This document shows positions 18,816-27,536 of a stretch of 64,000 nt of DNA, piece after piece; positions within the stretch are counted from its first letter, which is position 1; every line of letters begins with the position of its first letter. Under the pieces are notes generated by a model. That model saw only the letters and a list, made by a program, of their open reading frames with translations, did not search any database and had not been told where the DNA came from. Both the position numbers and the translations under genes were made by a program. This DNA is from Acidimicrobiia bacterium (GTDB taxonomy: Bacteria; Actinomycetota; Acidimicrobiia; Spongiisociales; UBA5794), in assembly GCA_041393965.1 (NCBI GenBank), contig JAWKJB010000002.1, forward strand, positions 512,339-576,338, read 5' to 3'.

Positions 18816-19882
18816 GTGTGATCAGCAGGCTCTATCGGGGAGAAACCCACTTCGATTTCGTGCGCGTCTCCCGCACGACGCTCCGAGTGTCCCTTGTGGC
18901 CGTCGCAGCATCGCTCCTGATCATGCTGGTGCGACCGTTCAACCTCTCGATCGACTTCACCGGCGGAGTGATCGTGACGGTACCCGGCCAGAACGGGGCG
19001 ACCGTCGAGGACATCCGAGCAGACCTCCGCGACATCGGGCATGGCGACGCTCGCGTCCAGATCGCCCAGGACGGCCTCGACGAGACGAGACCGCCGACGG
19101 TGACGGTGCAGACGGAAGCGATCGAAGATCCCGACGAGCAGGATCTTCTCGTGGCCACCGTTGCGGAGTCAGCAGGGTCCAATGTCGACGATGCGAACAT
19201 TTCCGCAGTGGGCCCGACATTCGGTCATGAGGTCACCAGGGCGGCGATCGAGGCCCTCGTCGTGTTTCTCATCGTCGTTGTTCTGTTCATCACCTGGCGC
19301 TTCGAATGGAAGATGGCGATCGCCGCCCTCGCGGCCCTGTTCCACGACCTGATCATCACCGGTGGCATCTACGCCCTCGTCGGGTTCGTCGTTACGCCAT
19401 CCACGATCATCGCGGTCCTCACGATCCTCGGTTACTCGCTGTACGACACCGTCGTCGTGTATGAGAAGGTCAAGGAGAACGAGCACCAGCTCCACACGAA
19501 GACGACCTTTTCGGCGATCACGAACCTGTCGATGAACCAGGTTCTGATGCGATCGATCAACACCTCCCTCACCTCGCTGCTGCCGGTCGGGTCGTTGCTC
19601 GTGGTCAGCGTTCTCGCCATCGGCGCCGAAACGCTCAAGGAGTTCGCTCTTGCCCTCTTCATCGGGATCGCGATCGGTACCTACTCCTCGATCTTTGTCG
19701 CTGCTCCCATCCTTGCACGCTGGAAGGAACAGGAACCAGCGTGGGAGCGTCAGCGCAGGAGGGCATCGCGGGAAGGTGAGGATCCGGAGGTGACGCAGGC
19801 CGACATTGCGGAGAAGGCCCTGACCCCCGATGTCCCGAAGGCAGCGGCGCGACCCCCGAAGCAGAGGCGAAAACGCCGGTAG
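18812..19882 (+). CDS. secF: Protein translocase subunit SecF (with a ~50-aa basic C-terminal tail)
   Basis: ATG at 18812 overlaps the secD stop (ATGA). Six TM helices. The tail ...PKQRRKRR is unusual. The track ORF from 17909 is an out-of-frame extension through secD. Confidence 0.9.
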   Translation: MSVISRLYRGETHFDFVRVSRTTLRVSLVAVAASLLIMLVRPFNLSIDFTGGVIVTVPGQNGATVEDIRADLRDIGHGDARVQIAQDGLDETRPPTVTVQTEAIEDPDEQDLLVATVAESAGSNVDDANISAVGPTFGHEVTRAAIEALVVFLIVVVLFITWRFEWKMAIAALAALFHDLIITGGIYALVGFVVTPSTIIAVLTILGYSLYDTVVVYEKVKENEHQLHTKTTFSAITNLSMNQVLMRSINTSLTSLLPVGSLLVVSVLAIGAETLKEFALALFIGIAIGTYSSIFVAAPILARWKEQEPAWERQRRRASREGEDPEVTQADIAEKALTPDVPKAAARPPKQRRKRR

Positions 19883-19888
19883 CATTGC

Positions 19889-22132
19889 GTGATGGCAGAT
19901 GCCGAAGACGCCAATCCGAGCCCTGGCGCGGACGAAGAGCTCGATTCTCAGGCCGATCCGGCGCGGCACGGCCGCAGCGTCGACCAGATGATGGAAGATC
20001 TGCTCTCGCTGTACCTCGAGAGTCATCCCGGCGCCGACACGACCCTCATCGAGGAAGCGTATCGGGTTGCCGCCGCACACCACGAGGGGCAGCGGCGGGC
20101 AACGGGTGATCCGTACATCGTGCATCCGATCGCGGTTGCTGAGATCCTCGCCGGGTACGGATTGGATGAAGCCACCCTTGCCGCGGCACTCATGCACGAC
20201 ACGGTGGAGGACACTGACCTCACCCTCGACGGTGTGGTCGACCAATTCGGCGACGAGGTCGCCCTTCTCATCGACGGAGTCACCAAGCTCGATCGGATCA
20301 AGTTTTCGTCGCGGGAGGTCGCGCAGGCGGCGACCATTCGCAAGATGGCGGTGGCGATGGCCAGAGACATCCGTGTTCTCGTGATCAAGCTGGCGGACCG
20401 CACCCACAACATTCGCACCCTCGCCCCTCTTCCCCCCGACAAACAACGCAGAGTGGCCGCTGAGACGCTGGACATCTACGCCCCGCTCGCGCATCGACTC
20501 GGGATGCAGGAGATCAAGCACGAGATGGAGGAGACCTGTTTCGGCGTGTTGTATCCGGGACCGAAGGCGGAACTCGAAGAGGCGGTTCGCCGCCGCTCTC
20601 CACAGCGGGAGAGCTACATCGATACGGTCATCAAGCTCGTCGGTGAGGAGCTTGACGAAGCAGGCATCGAGGCCACGATTACCGGGCGACCGAAGCACCT
20701 CTATTCGATCTATCGCAAGATGGTTTCGTCGGGACTCGAATTCCGCGACATCCACGACCTCATCGGTATCCGGATCATCGTCGATACGGTGCGCGACTGC
20801 TATGCGGCGCTCGGGCTGGTGCACACCCTGTGGCCGCCGATCCAGGGCCGTTTCAAGGACTACATCGCGATGCCGAAGTTCAACTTCTACCAGTCCATCC
20901 ACACCACGGTTGTCGGGCCTGATGGCAAGGCCCTCGAGGTCCAGATCCGCACCACGGAGATGCACGACAGGGCCGAGGCGGGCATTGCAGCGCATTGGCG
21001 CTACAAGGACGATGACATCACCAGCAACGGTGACCTTCCGGTCGTGGCTGAGATCCGCGAACTTCAGGAGGACGCTGAGGATCCCCAGGAGTTCCTTGAG
21101 AACCTCAAGCTCGACCTCTATCAGGACGAGGTGTTCGCCCTCACCCCGAAAGGGGATGTCAAGACGCTTCCGAAGGGCGCAACGCCGATCGACTTTGCAT
21201 ACCGGATCCACACGGATGTGGGCCATCGATGCGCGGGGGCGAGAGTCAACGGGCGTCTCGTTCCGCTGTCGACCAAGCTCGAATCGGGCGACATCGTCGA
21301 GATCATCACTTCGAAAGCCAAGGACGCTCACCCGTCCCGTGACTGGCTCGAGTTCACGAAGTCGTCGAAGGCTGCGTCAAAAATCCGCGGCTGGTTCTCC
21401 AAGGAACGCCGCGCCAATGCGCTCGTCGAGGGCAAGGAATCGGTCATTGCAGCGTTCCGCAAGCACGGGCTTCCGATCCGGGGGATCGACGATGACCTCG
21501 CGAAGGTTGCGTCCGACCTCGGATTCGATGAGCCGGACAAGATGTTCATGTCCGTCGGTGAGGGTCGCACGAGCCCACAAACCGTTGCGCAGCGCCTCAC
21601 CCGGCGTCTCCGTCCCGACGACGCCGCCGAGGCGGTACAGGCCGAACGGCTCCCCACACCGCACAAGCGCAAGCAACGAGTCGCGGGTGATGTCGTCGTT
21701 GAGGGCTTCGAGGACATGCTTGTCCGCATGGCGAAGTGCTGTGGTCCGGTACCCGGGGACGACATTGTCGGCTTCGTGACCGTTGGGCGCGGCGTGAGCG
21801 TTCATCGCGCGGATTGCGCCAACATCGGCTCGCTCTCGGCGCGCGGGGCCGAACGAATGGTCGATGTGGCGTGGACCGCTGAACAGGATGGAACCTTTTT
21901 TGTGTGGATCCAGGTCGAGGCTCTCGACCGACCACGCTTGCTACGCGATGTCACCGCAGTGCTCTCGGATCTCGGTGCGAACATTCACGCGTCGTCTTCG
22001 GTGACAGGGCGGGACAGGATCGCCTTGCTTCGCTACGAGATCGAGTTGTCCGACCGCGATGCGCTCGAAGGTGTGCTTTCGGCGCTTCGCAGCGTCGGGG
22101 CGGTCTACGACGCGTATCGACTCGTCGTGTGA
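19889..22132 (+). CDS. relA: Bifunctional (p)ppGpp synthetase/hydrolase
   Basis: 747 aa containing HD hydrolase (HDTVEDT), synthetase, TGS and ACT regions. Confidence 0.93.
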   Translation: MMADAEDANPSPGADEELDSQADPARHGRSVDQMMEDLLSLYLESHPGADTTLIEEAYRVAAAHHEGQRRATGDPYIVHPIAVAEILAGYGLDEATLAAALMHDTVEDTDLTLDGVVDQFGDEVALLIDGVTKLDRIKFSSREVAQAATIRKMAVAMARDIRVLVIKLADRTHNIRTLAPLPPDKQRRVAAETLDIYAPLAHRLGMQEIKHEMEETCFGVLYPGPKAELEEAVRRRSPQRESYIDTVIKLVGEELDEAGIEATITGRPKHLYSIYRKMVSSGLEFRDIHDLIGIRIIVDTVRDCYAALGLVHTLWPPIQGRFKDYIAMPKFNFYQSIHTTVVGPDGKALEVQIRTTEMHDRAEAGIAAHWRYKDDDITSNGDLPVVAEIRELQEDAEDPQEFLENLKLDLYQDEVFALTPKGDVKTLPKGATPIDFAYRIHTDVGHRCAGARVNGRLVPLSTKLESGDIVEIITSKAKDAHPSRDWLEFTKSSKAASKIRGWFSKERRANALVEGKESVIAAFRKHGLPIRGIDDDLAKVASDLGFDEPDKMFMSVGEGRTSPQTVAQRLTRRLRPDDAAEAVQAERLPTPHKRKQRVAGDVVVEGFEDMLVRMAKCCGPVPGDDIVGFVTVGRGVSVHRADCANIGSLSARGAERMVDVAWTAEQDGTFFVWIQVEALDRPRLLRDVTAVLSDLGANIHASSSVTGRDRIALLRYEIELSDRDALEGVLSALRSVGAVYDAYRLVV

Positions 22133-22182
22133 CGGTCATAGCGTCGAGCACCGCCGTGCCCGGGTGCCCCTAGGCTCAACGC

Positions 22183-22833
22183 ATGCTCATCGATTCGGCG
22201 CCCCTGTGGTACTTCCAGACGAACGCCTATGTCGTTGCGCCGGATCGCGGTGGCCCTGCTGTGGTCATCGATGCCCCGCCAGATCCCCGCGGGATCGGAG
22301 ATCTCCTTGCGGCCCACGACCTCACACCGGTTGCGGTGCTCGTGACGCACGGGCATGTGGACCATGCAGGGGGCATCGATGGAGTCGCGGCACCGAGCGT
22401 GGCCGCCTACCTCCATCCTGACGACATCGACATGGCACGGCACCCCCGCGAGCAACTGCGCGCCTTGATGGGCCCGGCTGCCGACGGACTGGTCGACGAC
22501 ACCGTGAGGTCCCCCATCGAAGCGCTCGCCCACGGGCAGCAGCTGTCGTTGGCCGGGCTCGAGATCGGTGTCCTCCACACCCCTGGCCACACGCCGGGCC
22601 ATTGTTGCTTCCACATCCAAGACTACGGGATCCTCTTCAGCGGGGACCACCTGTTCGAGGGCTCCATCGGCCGCACCGACCTTCCGGGGGGCTCATTCGA
22701 CCAGCTGATGATCTCGATGCGCGACATCGTGCTTCCCCTCGACGACGAGACGGCAGTCCTTCCCGGGCACGGGCCGACCACTACGATTGCCGCCGAACGC
22801 CGCACCAATCCGTTCCTGAGGAACCTGCCATGA
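22183..22833 (+). CDS. MBL-fold metallo-hydrolase (glyoxalase II family)
   Basis: THGHVDHAGG (HxHxDH) motif and downstream His/Asp ligands. 216 aa. Located between relA and hisS as in mycobacteria. Confidence 0.8.
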   Translation: MLIDSAPLWYFQTNAYVVAPDRGGPAVVIDAPPDPRGIGDLLAAHDLTPVAVLVTHGHVDHAGGIDGVAAPSVAAYLHPDDIDMARHPREQLRALMGPAADGLVDDTVRSPIEALAHGQQLSLAGLEIGVLHTPGHTPGHCCFHIQDYGILFSGDHLFEGSIGRTDLPGGSFDQLMISMRDIVLPLDDETAVLPGHGPTTTIAAERRTNPFLRNLP

Positions 22834-24062
22834 GCGATCTGCATCGACCCAAAGGAACCTCAGATGTGCTCCCACCCGAATCGGTGAGCTGGCGCCTCGC
22901 ACGCCACACCTTCGATGACATCGCCACTCGATTCGGCTACGACCCGGTCATCACGCCGATCTTCGAGCACACCGAGGTCTTCGCGCGCGGTGTCGGTGAG
23001 GACACCGAAGTGGTCGAGAAGCAGATGTACACCTTCATCGACCGCGGTGGCCGAAGCCTGACCCTGCGTCCTGAAGCCACCGCATCGGTCGTGAGGGCAG
23101 CCATCCAGGCCGGGAGCCGGGGGCGCTTCAAAGGCGTCTATTGGGGACCGATGTTCCGATACGAGCGACCCCAAAAGGGCCGTATGCGCCAGTTCTACCA
23201 AGCGGGAGTCGAGTATCTCGGGTCCGGCTCTCCCGAAGCTGATGTCGAGGTGATCGAGTTCGGATACCGATTCCTCGAAGCAATGCGGGTTCCCGATGTC
23301 GAAGTCCGGCTCAATTCCATCGGGGACCCATCGGATCGGAGACACTACGGGACCCTCCTGACCGAATTCCTGCAACAACGCAAGGACGGTCTATCGACCG
23401 ACGCGAGGAAGCGAATCGGATCGAACCCGATGCGTGTCCTCGACTCGAAAGCGGATCGTGAGATCGTTGCCGATGCGCCGGTACCCCTCGACCACATCGG
23501 AGCCGAGGCCGCCGAACATTTCGATGCCGTCAAAGATGGACTTGCCGATATGAAGATCCCCTATGTGATCGACACCAGACTGGTGCGGGGGCTCGACTAC
23601 TACAACCGGACCGTGTGGGAGTATGTCCCGGCCGGCTATGGGGCAGCCCAGAGTGCTGTGGGAGGAGGCGGCCGCTACGACGGGCTCTTCGAGATCCTCG
23701 GAGGTGCGCCGACGCCCGCGGTCGGTCTCGCCATGGGCATCGAGAGGATTCTGCTTGCTTCGGATCAACCACACGACCCCAACGATTTGGATGTCTTCGT
23801 CGTGGTTGCCGATGGCGCCTTGAGGAGGGCTGCACGGACCCTGACTTCGACACTCCGTCGAGCGGGGATACGAGCCGACATGACTGACTCGGAACGATCC
23901 GTCAAAGCGCAGTTCAAGGAGGCCGACCGGAGGCGATCGGCCGCTGCGGCCGTCGTCGGCGTTGAGTGGCATGACGGAGAGATCACAATGCGGGACCTCA
24001 CCACCGGTGATCAGGAGAGAATCGGCGTGGGCGAGATCAACCGATGGCTCGAGGAACGATGA
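22830..24062 (+). CDS. hisS: Histidyl-tRNA synthetase
   Basis: ATG at 22830 overlaps the upstream stop. MSDLHRPKGTSDVLPPES N-terminus and class II motifs. 411 aa. The track ORF at 22602 is over-extended. Confidence 0.93.
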   Translation: MSDLHRPKGTSDVLPPESVSWRLARHTFDDIATRFGYDPVITPIFEHTEVFARGVGEDTEVVEKQMYTFIDRGGRSLTLRPEATASVVRAAIQAGSRGRFKGVYWGPMFRYERPQKGRMRQFYQAGVEYLGSGSPEADVEVIEFGYRFLEAMRVPDVEVRLNSIGDPSDRRHYGTLLTEFLQQRKDGLSTDARKRIGSNPMRVLDSKADREIVADAPVPLDHIGAEAAEHFDAVKDGLADMKIPYVIDTRLVRGLDYYNRTVWEYVPAGYGAAQSAVGGGGRYDGLFEILGGAPTPAVGLAMGIERILLASDQPHDPNDLDVFVVVADGALRRAARTLTSTLRRAGIRADMTDSERSVKAQFKEADRRRSAAAAVVGVEWHDGEITMRDLTTGDQERIGVGEINRWLEER

Positions 24063-25867
24063 TGGCGGGGCCCTTCCGAACCAGCACTGCCGGATCGCTC
24101 GATGCAGCAGCCGTCGGCACGGAGGTCGTTATCGCTGGATGGATTCAGCGACGCCGCGACCATGGCGGCGTGGTGTTTGTCGACCTGAGAGATGCCACCG
24201 GAATCATCCAGGTCGTGCTCAATCCCGAGGATGCTCCCGCTGATGCAGATGTTCTGCATGGACTGAGGATGGAGTTCTGTATCAAGGTGGTCGGCACCGT
24301 TCGACTCCGTCCAGAGGGAACCGTCAACCCCCACCTTCCCACCGGTGCGATCGAGGTTGCCGCGCGAGAGGTCACCGTGCTGAGTGCGGCCGATCCTCTG
24401 CCATTTCCTCTCGATGAGCGAACCGACATCGATGAGGCGTTGCGGCTGCGGTACCGCTACCTGGACCTGCGCCGGGACCGGATGGCAGCCAACCTCAAGG
24501 CGAGATCCGCGGCGATACGCGCCATGCGAACGGAGATGGACGATCGAGGCTTTCTCGAGGTGGAAACCCCGACGCTCATCGCGTCGACGCCGGAAGGTGC
24601 GCGCGACATGCTGGTTCCATCCCGACTCCGCAAAGGGCAGTTCTATGCCCTCCCTCAGTCACCACAGCTCTTCAAGCAGCTTCTGATGATCGGCGGTGTG
24701 GATCGCTACTACCAGATCGCCAAGTGCTACCGGGACGAGGACTTCCGTGCCGATCGGCAGGTCGAGTTCGCGCAGCTCGACTTCGAGGGAGCATTCTGGG
24801 GCCAAGAGGAGGTCCTCGAAACGATCGAGGCCGTCGCCAAGAGAGTTGTGGCCGAGCTGCGTGGATCTGTGTCGGATTCCCCATTCACCCGAATGACCTG
24901 GTCCGAGGCCACACAGCGGTACGGCACCGACAAACCAGACCTTCGGTTCGCTATGGAGATCCGCGATCTGTCGCACATTTTCTCGGCTACCGCGTTCAGG
25001 GCGTTCGGTGAGGCAATCGAAGCCGGTGGGTCGATACGCGGCATCAATGCGGGACCTCTCGGGCTTGCGCGGTCAGGGCTGGACGATCTCGTCGCAACCG
25101 CGCGGGCTGCCGGAGCGAAGGGGCTCGTGTGGATGGTGGCGGAGGACGACGGCTCGATGCGTTCACCGATCAGCAAGTTCCTGTCCGAACCCGAGCTCGC
25201 CCAGATCCGAGATGCGTTCGGGGCAACACCGGGGGACACCTTGCTGATCGTGGCCGATCAGACGCGCACCGTTCTTGAGGTGCTCGGCCTGCTCCGCCTC
25301 CATGTCGGCAAGCCCGACGGACACGATGATCTCGCCTTTGTCCTCGTCGTCGACTTCCCGGTGTTCGACATCGCAGAAGACGGCTCGCTCACTCCTGCCC
25401 ACCACCCCTTCACCGCACCCGCCGATGTCGAAGATCTCGTCGAGTCACCCGAGTCGGCGGTCTCGAAGGCATACGACCTCGTGCTCAACGGCACAGAACT
25501 GGGCTCTGGAAGTGTTCGTATCCACGATGCTGCGGTGCAGCAGAAGGTCTTCGAGGTGATGGGAATCAGCGAGACGGACGCCGATCGTCGGTTCGGGTGG
25601 TTTCTCGAGGCGCTCCGATACGGGACACCACCGCATGCGGGGTTCGCGATCGGGATCGATCGGTTCGTTTCGATCCTCCAGAACGAACCGAACATCAGGG
25701 AGATCATCCCGTTTCCCAAGACACAGACAGGATTTGATCCGCTCACCGGGTCGCCGAGCAGAGTCGACAACGAGCAGCTCCACGAGCTCGGTATTCGTGT
25801 CGACCCTGCAATCGTGGCGCTTTGGGATGATGAGTCTGACGCATCCTCATCCGCCCCTGATGGCTGA
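24059..25867 (+). CDS. aspS: Aspartyl-tRNA synthetase
   Basis: Anticodon-binding OB fold, class II catalytic core (FRAD, GSxRIHD) and a GAD insertion. 602 aa. Overlaps the hisS stop. Confidence 0.93.
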   Translation: MMAGPFRTSTAGSLDAAAVGTEVVIAGWIQRRRDHGGVVFVDLRDATGIIQVVLNPEDAPADADVLHGLRMEFCIKVVGTVRLRPEGTVNPHLPTGAIEVAAREVTVLSAADPLPFPLDERTDIDEALRLRYRYLDLRRDRMAANLKARSAAIRAMRTEMDDRGFLEVETPTLIASTPEGARDMLVPSRLRKGQFYALPQSPQLFKQLLMIGGVDRYYQIAKCYRDEDFRADRQVEFAQLDFEGAFWGQEEVLETIEAVAKRVVAELRGSVSDSPFTRMTWSEATQRYGTDKPDLRFAMEIRDLSHIFSATAFRAFGEAIEAGGSIRGINAGPLGLARSGLDDLVATARAAGAKGLVWMVAEDDGSMRSPISKFLSEPELAQIRDAFGATPGDTLLIVADQTRTVLEVLGLLRLHVGKPDGHDDLAFVLVVDFPVFDIAEDGSLTPAHHPFTAPADVEDLVESPESAVSKAYDLVLNGTELGSGSVRIHDAAVQQKVFEVMGISETDADRRFGWFLEALRYGTPPHAGFAIGIDRFVSILQNEPNIREIIPFPKTQTGFDPLTGSPSRVDNEQLHELGIRVDPAIVALWDDESDASSSAPDG

Positions 25868-27224
25868 GGGGGACCTCTTCGGCGTCGCACGCGACGAGCA
25901 CCGGCGTGTCCACGCACCCCTCCCGGAGCGCATGCGGCCCCGCACAGTCGACGAGGTGATCGGCCAGCGTCACTTGCTCGCGCACGGGGCCGCATTCCGA
26001 TCGATGGTGGAAAGCGGTCGGCTCGGTTCGCTGATCCTGTGGGGCCCACCGGGGTCCGGGAAGACGACGCTGGCGCGGGTCGTCGCGACGCATGTTGGTG
26101 GGTTCTTCGAGCAGATCTCCGCAACCAGTGCCGGGGTCAAAGATGTTCGGGAGATCCTCGCGAGAGCCGATCAGCGCCTCGGTGAGGGACGCGGGCCGAC
26201 GGTGCTCTTCCTCGACGAGATTCACCGATTCACGAAGGCACAGCAGGACGCCCTCCTCCACGGCGTGGAGGACGGGACCGTCACCCTCATTGGTGCGACC
26301 ACCGAGAACCCGTTTTTCGAGGTGAATTCCCCACTCATCTCGAGAGCAACCGTGTTTCGCACCGAGGCGCTCACTCCCTCCGAAATCGCAGATCTGATCG
26401 ACGCAGCATTCGCGGATGAAATGCGTGGTGTCAGCGGGATCTCGATCACCGACGAAGCGACGAACGAGATCGCGCAGCGAGTCGGGGGCGACGCCCGGCT
26501 TGCGCTCAACACCGTTGAACTCGCGGCGACCATTGCCTCAGGGCGATCATCTGGCGCGATCATCGATGTTGCCGTCGTCGAAGAAGCTCTTCAGAGACGG
26601 ATCATCCGCTACGACCGGGCCGGAGACCGGCACTACGATGTCATCTCGGCGTTCATCAAATCGGTGAGAGGCTCAGATCCCGATGCTGCGCTCTACTGGC
26701 TCGAAACGATGGTTGCCGCCGGAGAGGATCCGAAATTCATCGCACGACGCATGGTCATCCTCGCCTCGGAGGATGTTGGCCTTGCCGACACCAGTGCGCT
26801 CGGTATTGCGATTGCTGCCTTCCGGGCCGTTGAGGTCATCGGCTTGCCAGAAGCCAACTTCGCCTTGTCTCACGCGGCACTCTATCTCGCCCTTGCCCCG
26901 AAATCTGACTCGGTCAAGACGGCCATGATGGCGGCGGCGGATCTCGTTGCGTCGGATGCCTCCGGAGAGGTTCCCTTCCATCTGAGATCGGCGACGACGG
27001 CAGGGGAGCGATCCTTCGGGTACGGATCGGGATATCGCTACCCCCATGATGACGCCCGCGCCGTGATCGCCCAGGCCTATCTCCCTGACACGGTTGCAGA
27101 TGCGACCCTGTACCACCCGAAACGGCTCGGGGACGAAGCGGAGATCGCTGACCGGCTCGTTCACATCGACCGTATCCTCGGCAAGCAAGACCGCAGATCG
27201 CCGCCGGGTTCCCCATCGTCGTAG
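25860..27224 (+). CDS. rarA: Replication-associated recombination protein A (AAA+ ATPase)
   Basis: MAEGDLF...[18 protein letters not shown]-terminus and Walker A ([11 protein letters not shown]). ATG at 25860 overlaps the aspS stop by 8 nt. The track start at 25635 is over-extended. Confidence 0.88.
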   Translation: MAEGDLFGVARDEHRRVHAPLPERMRPRTVDEVIGQRHLLAHGAAFRSMVESGRLGSLILWGPPGSGKTTLARVVATHVGGFFEQISATSAGVKDVREILARADQRLGEGRGPTVLFLDEIHRFTKAQQDALLHGVEDGTVTLIGATTENPFFEVNSPLISRATVFRTEALTPSEIADLIDAAFADEMRGVSGISITDEATNEIAQRVGGDARLALNTVELAATIASGRSSGAIIDVAVVEEALQRRIIRYDRAGDRHYDVISAFIKSVRGSDPDAALYWLETMVAAGEDPKFIARRMVILASEDVGLADTSALGIAIAAFRAVEVIGLPEANFALSHAALYLALAPKSDSVKTAMMAAADLVASDASGEVPFHLRSATTAGERSFGYGSGYRYPHDDARAVIAQAYLPDTVADATLYHPKRLGDEAEIADRLVHIDRILGKQDRRSPPGSPSS

Positions 27225-27261
27225 GCGCCGTAGGAGGCGGGATCGTGGTACGTTCGCCACC

Positions 27262-27480
27262 ATGTTCACCCGCCTGCGGTGGTTCCTGTACGGAGTGGTG
27301 GCCACGGTGATCGTCACGGGGCTGATCTTCCAGCGCGCACGAAGCATGAAGCAGCGACTCGACGCCGAAGGCGTTGCGAGGGTGCTTGCCGCCTACGGCG
27401 CGGATGTGATCGAGTACGCAGGTCGTCGCCTGCAACGATCCGCAGATCGGGACCCCGAGGGGTCGGGCTCGGGCCCGTAG
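27262..27480 (+). CDS. Hypothetical small membrane protein
   Basis: 73 aa. ATG at 27262 follows GGAGGCGG. One TM helix (WFLYGVVATVIVTGLIF). No recognised family, so low confidence. Confidence 0.35.
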   Translation: MFTRLRWFLYGVVATVIVTGLIFQRARSMKQRLDAEGVARVLAAYGADVIEYAGRRLQRSADRDPEGSGSGP

Positions 27481-27536
27481 GGCCGTATCAAAGCGGTCGC
27501 GTCTGCCAGCAGGGGCGTCGCTAACCTCTGCGCTCC

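Noticed and set aside
17909-19882. 657-aa + strand ORF overlapping secD
   Set aside because: It is an out-of-frame read-through whose only meaningful part is SecF. The true SecF start is ATG at 18812, overlapping the secD stop.
19169-21331. 720-aa minus-strand ORF spanning secF and relA
   Set aside because: It is antisense to two well-supported genes. Its composition is Arg/Asp/Gly/Val-rich, typical of the reverse frame of GC-rich coding DNA. It has no SD and no recognisable domains.
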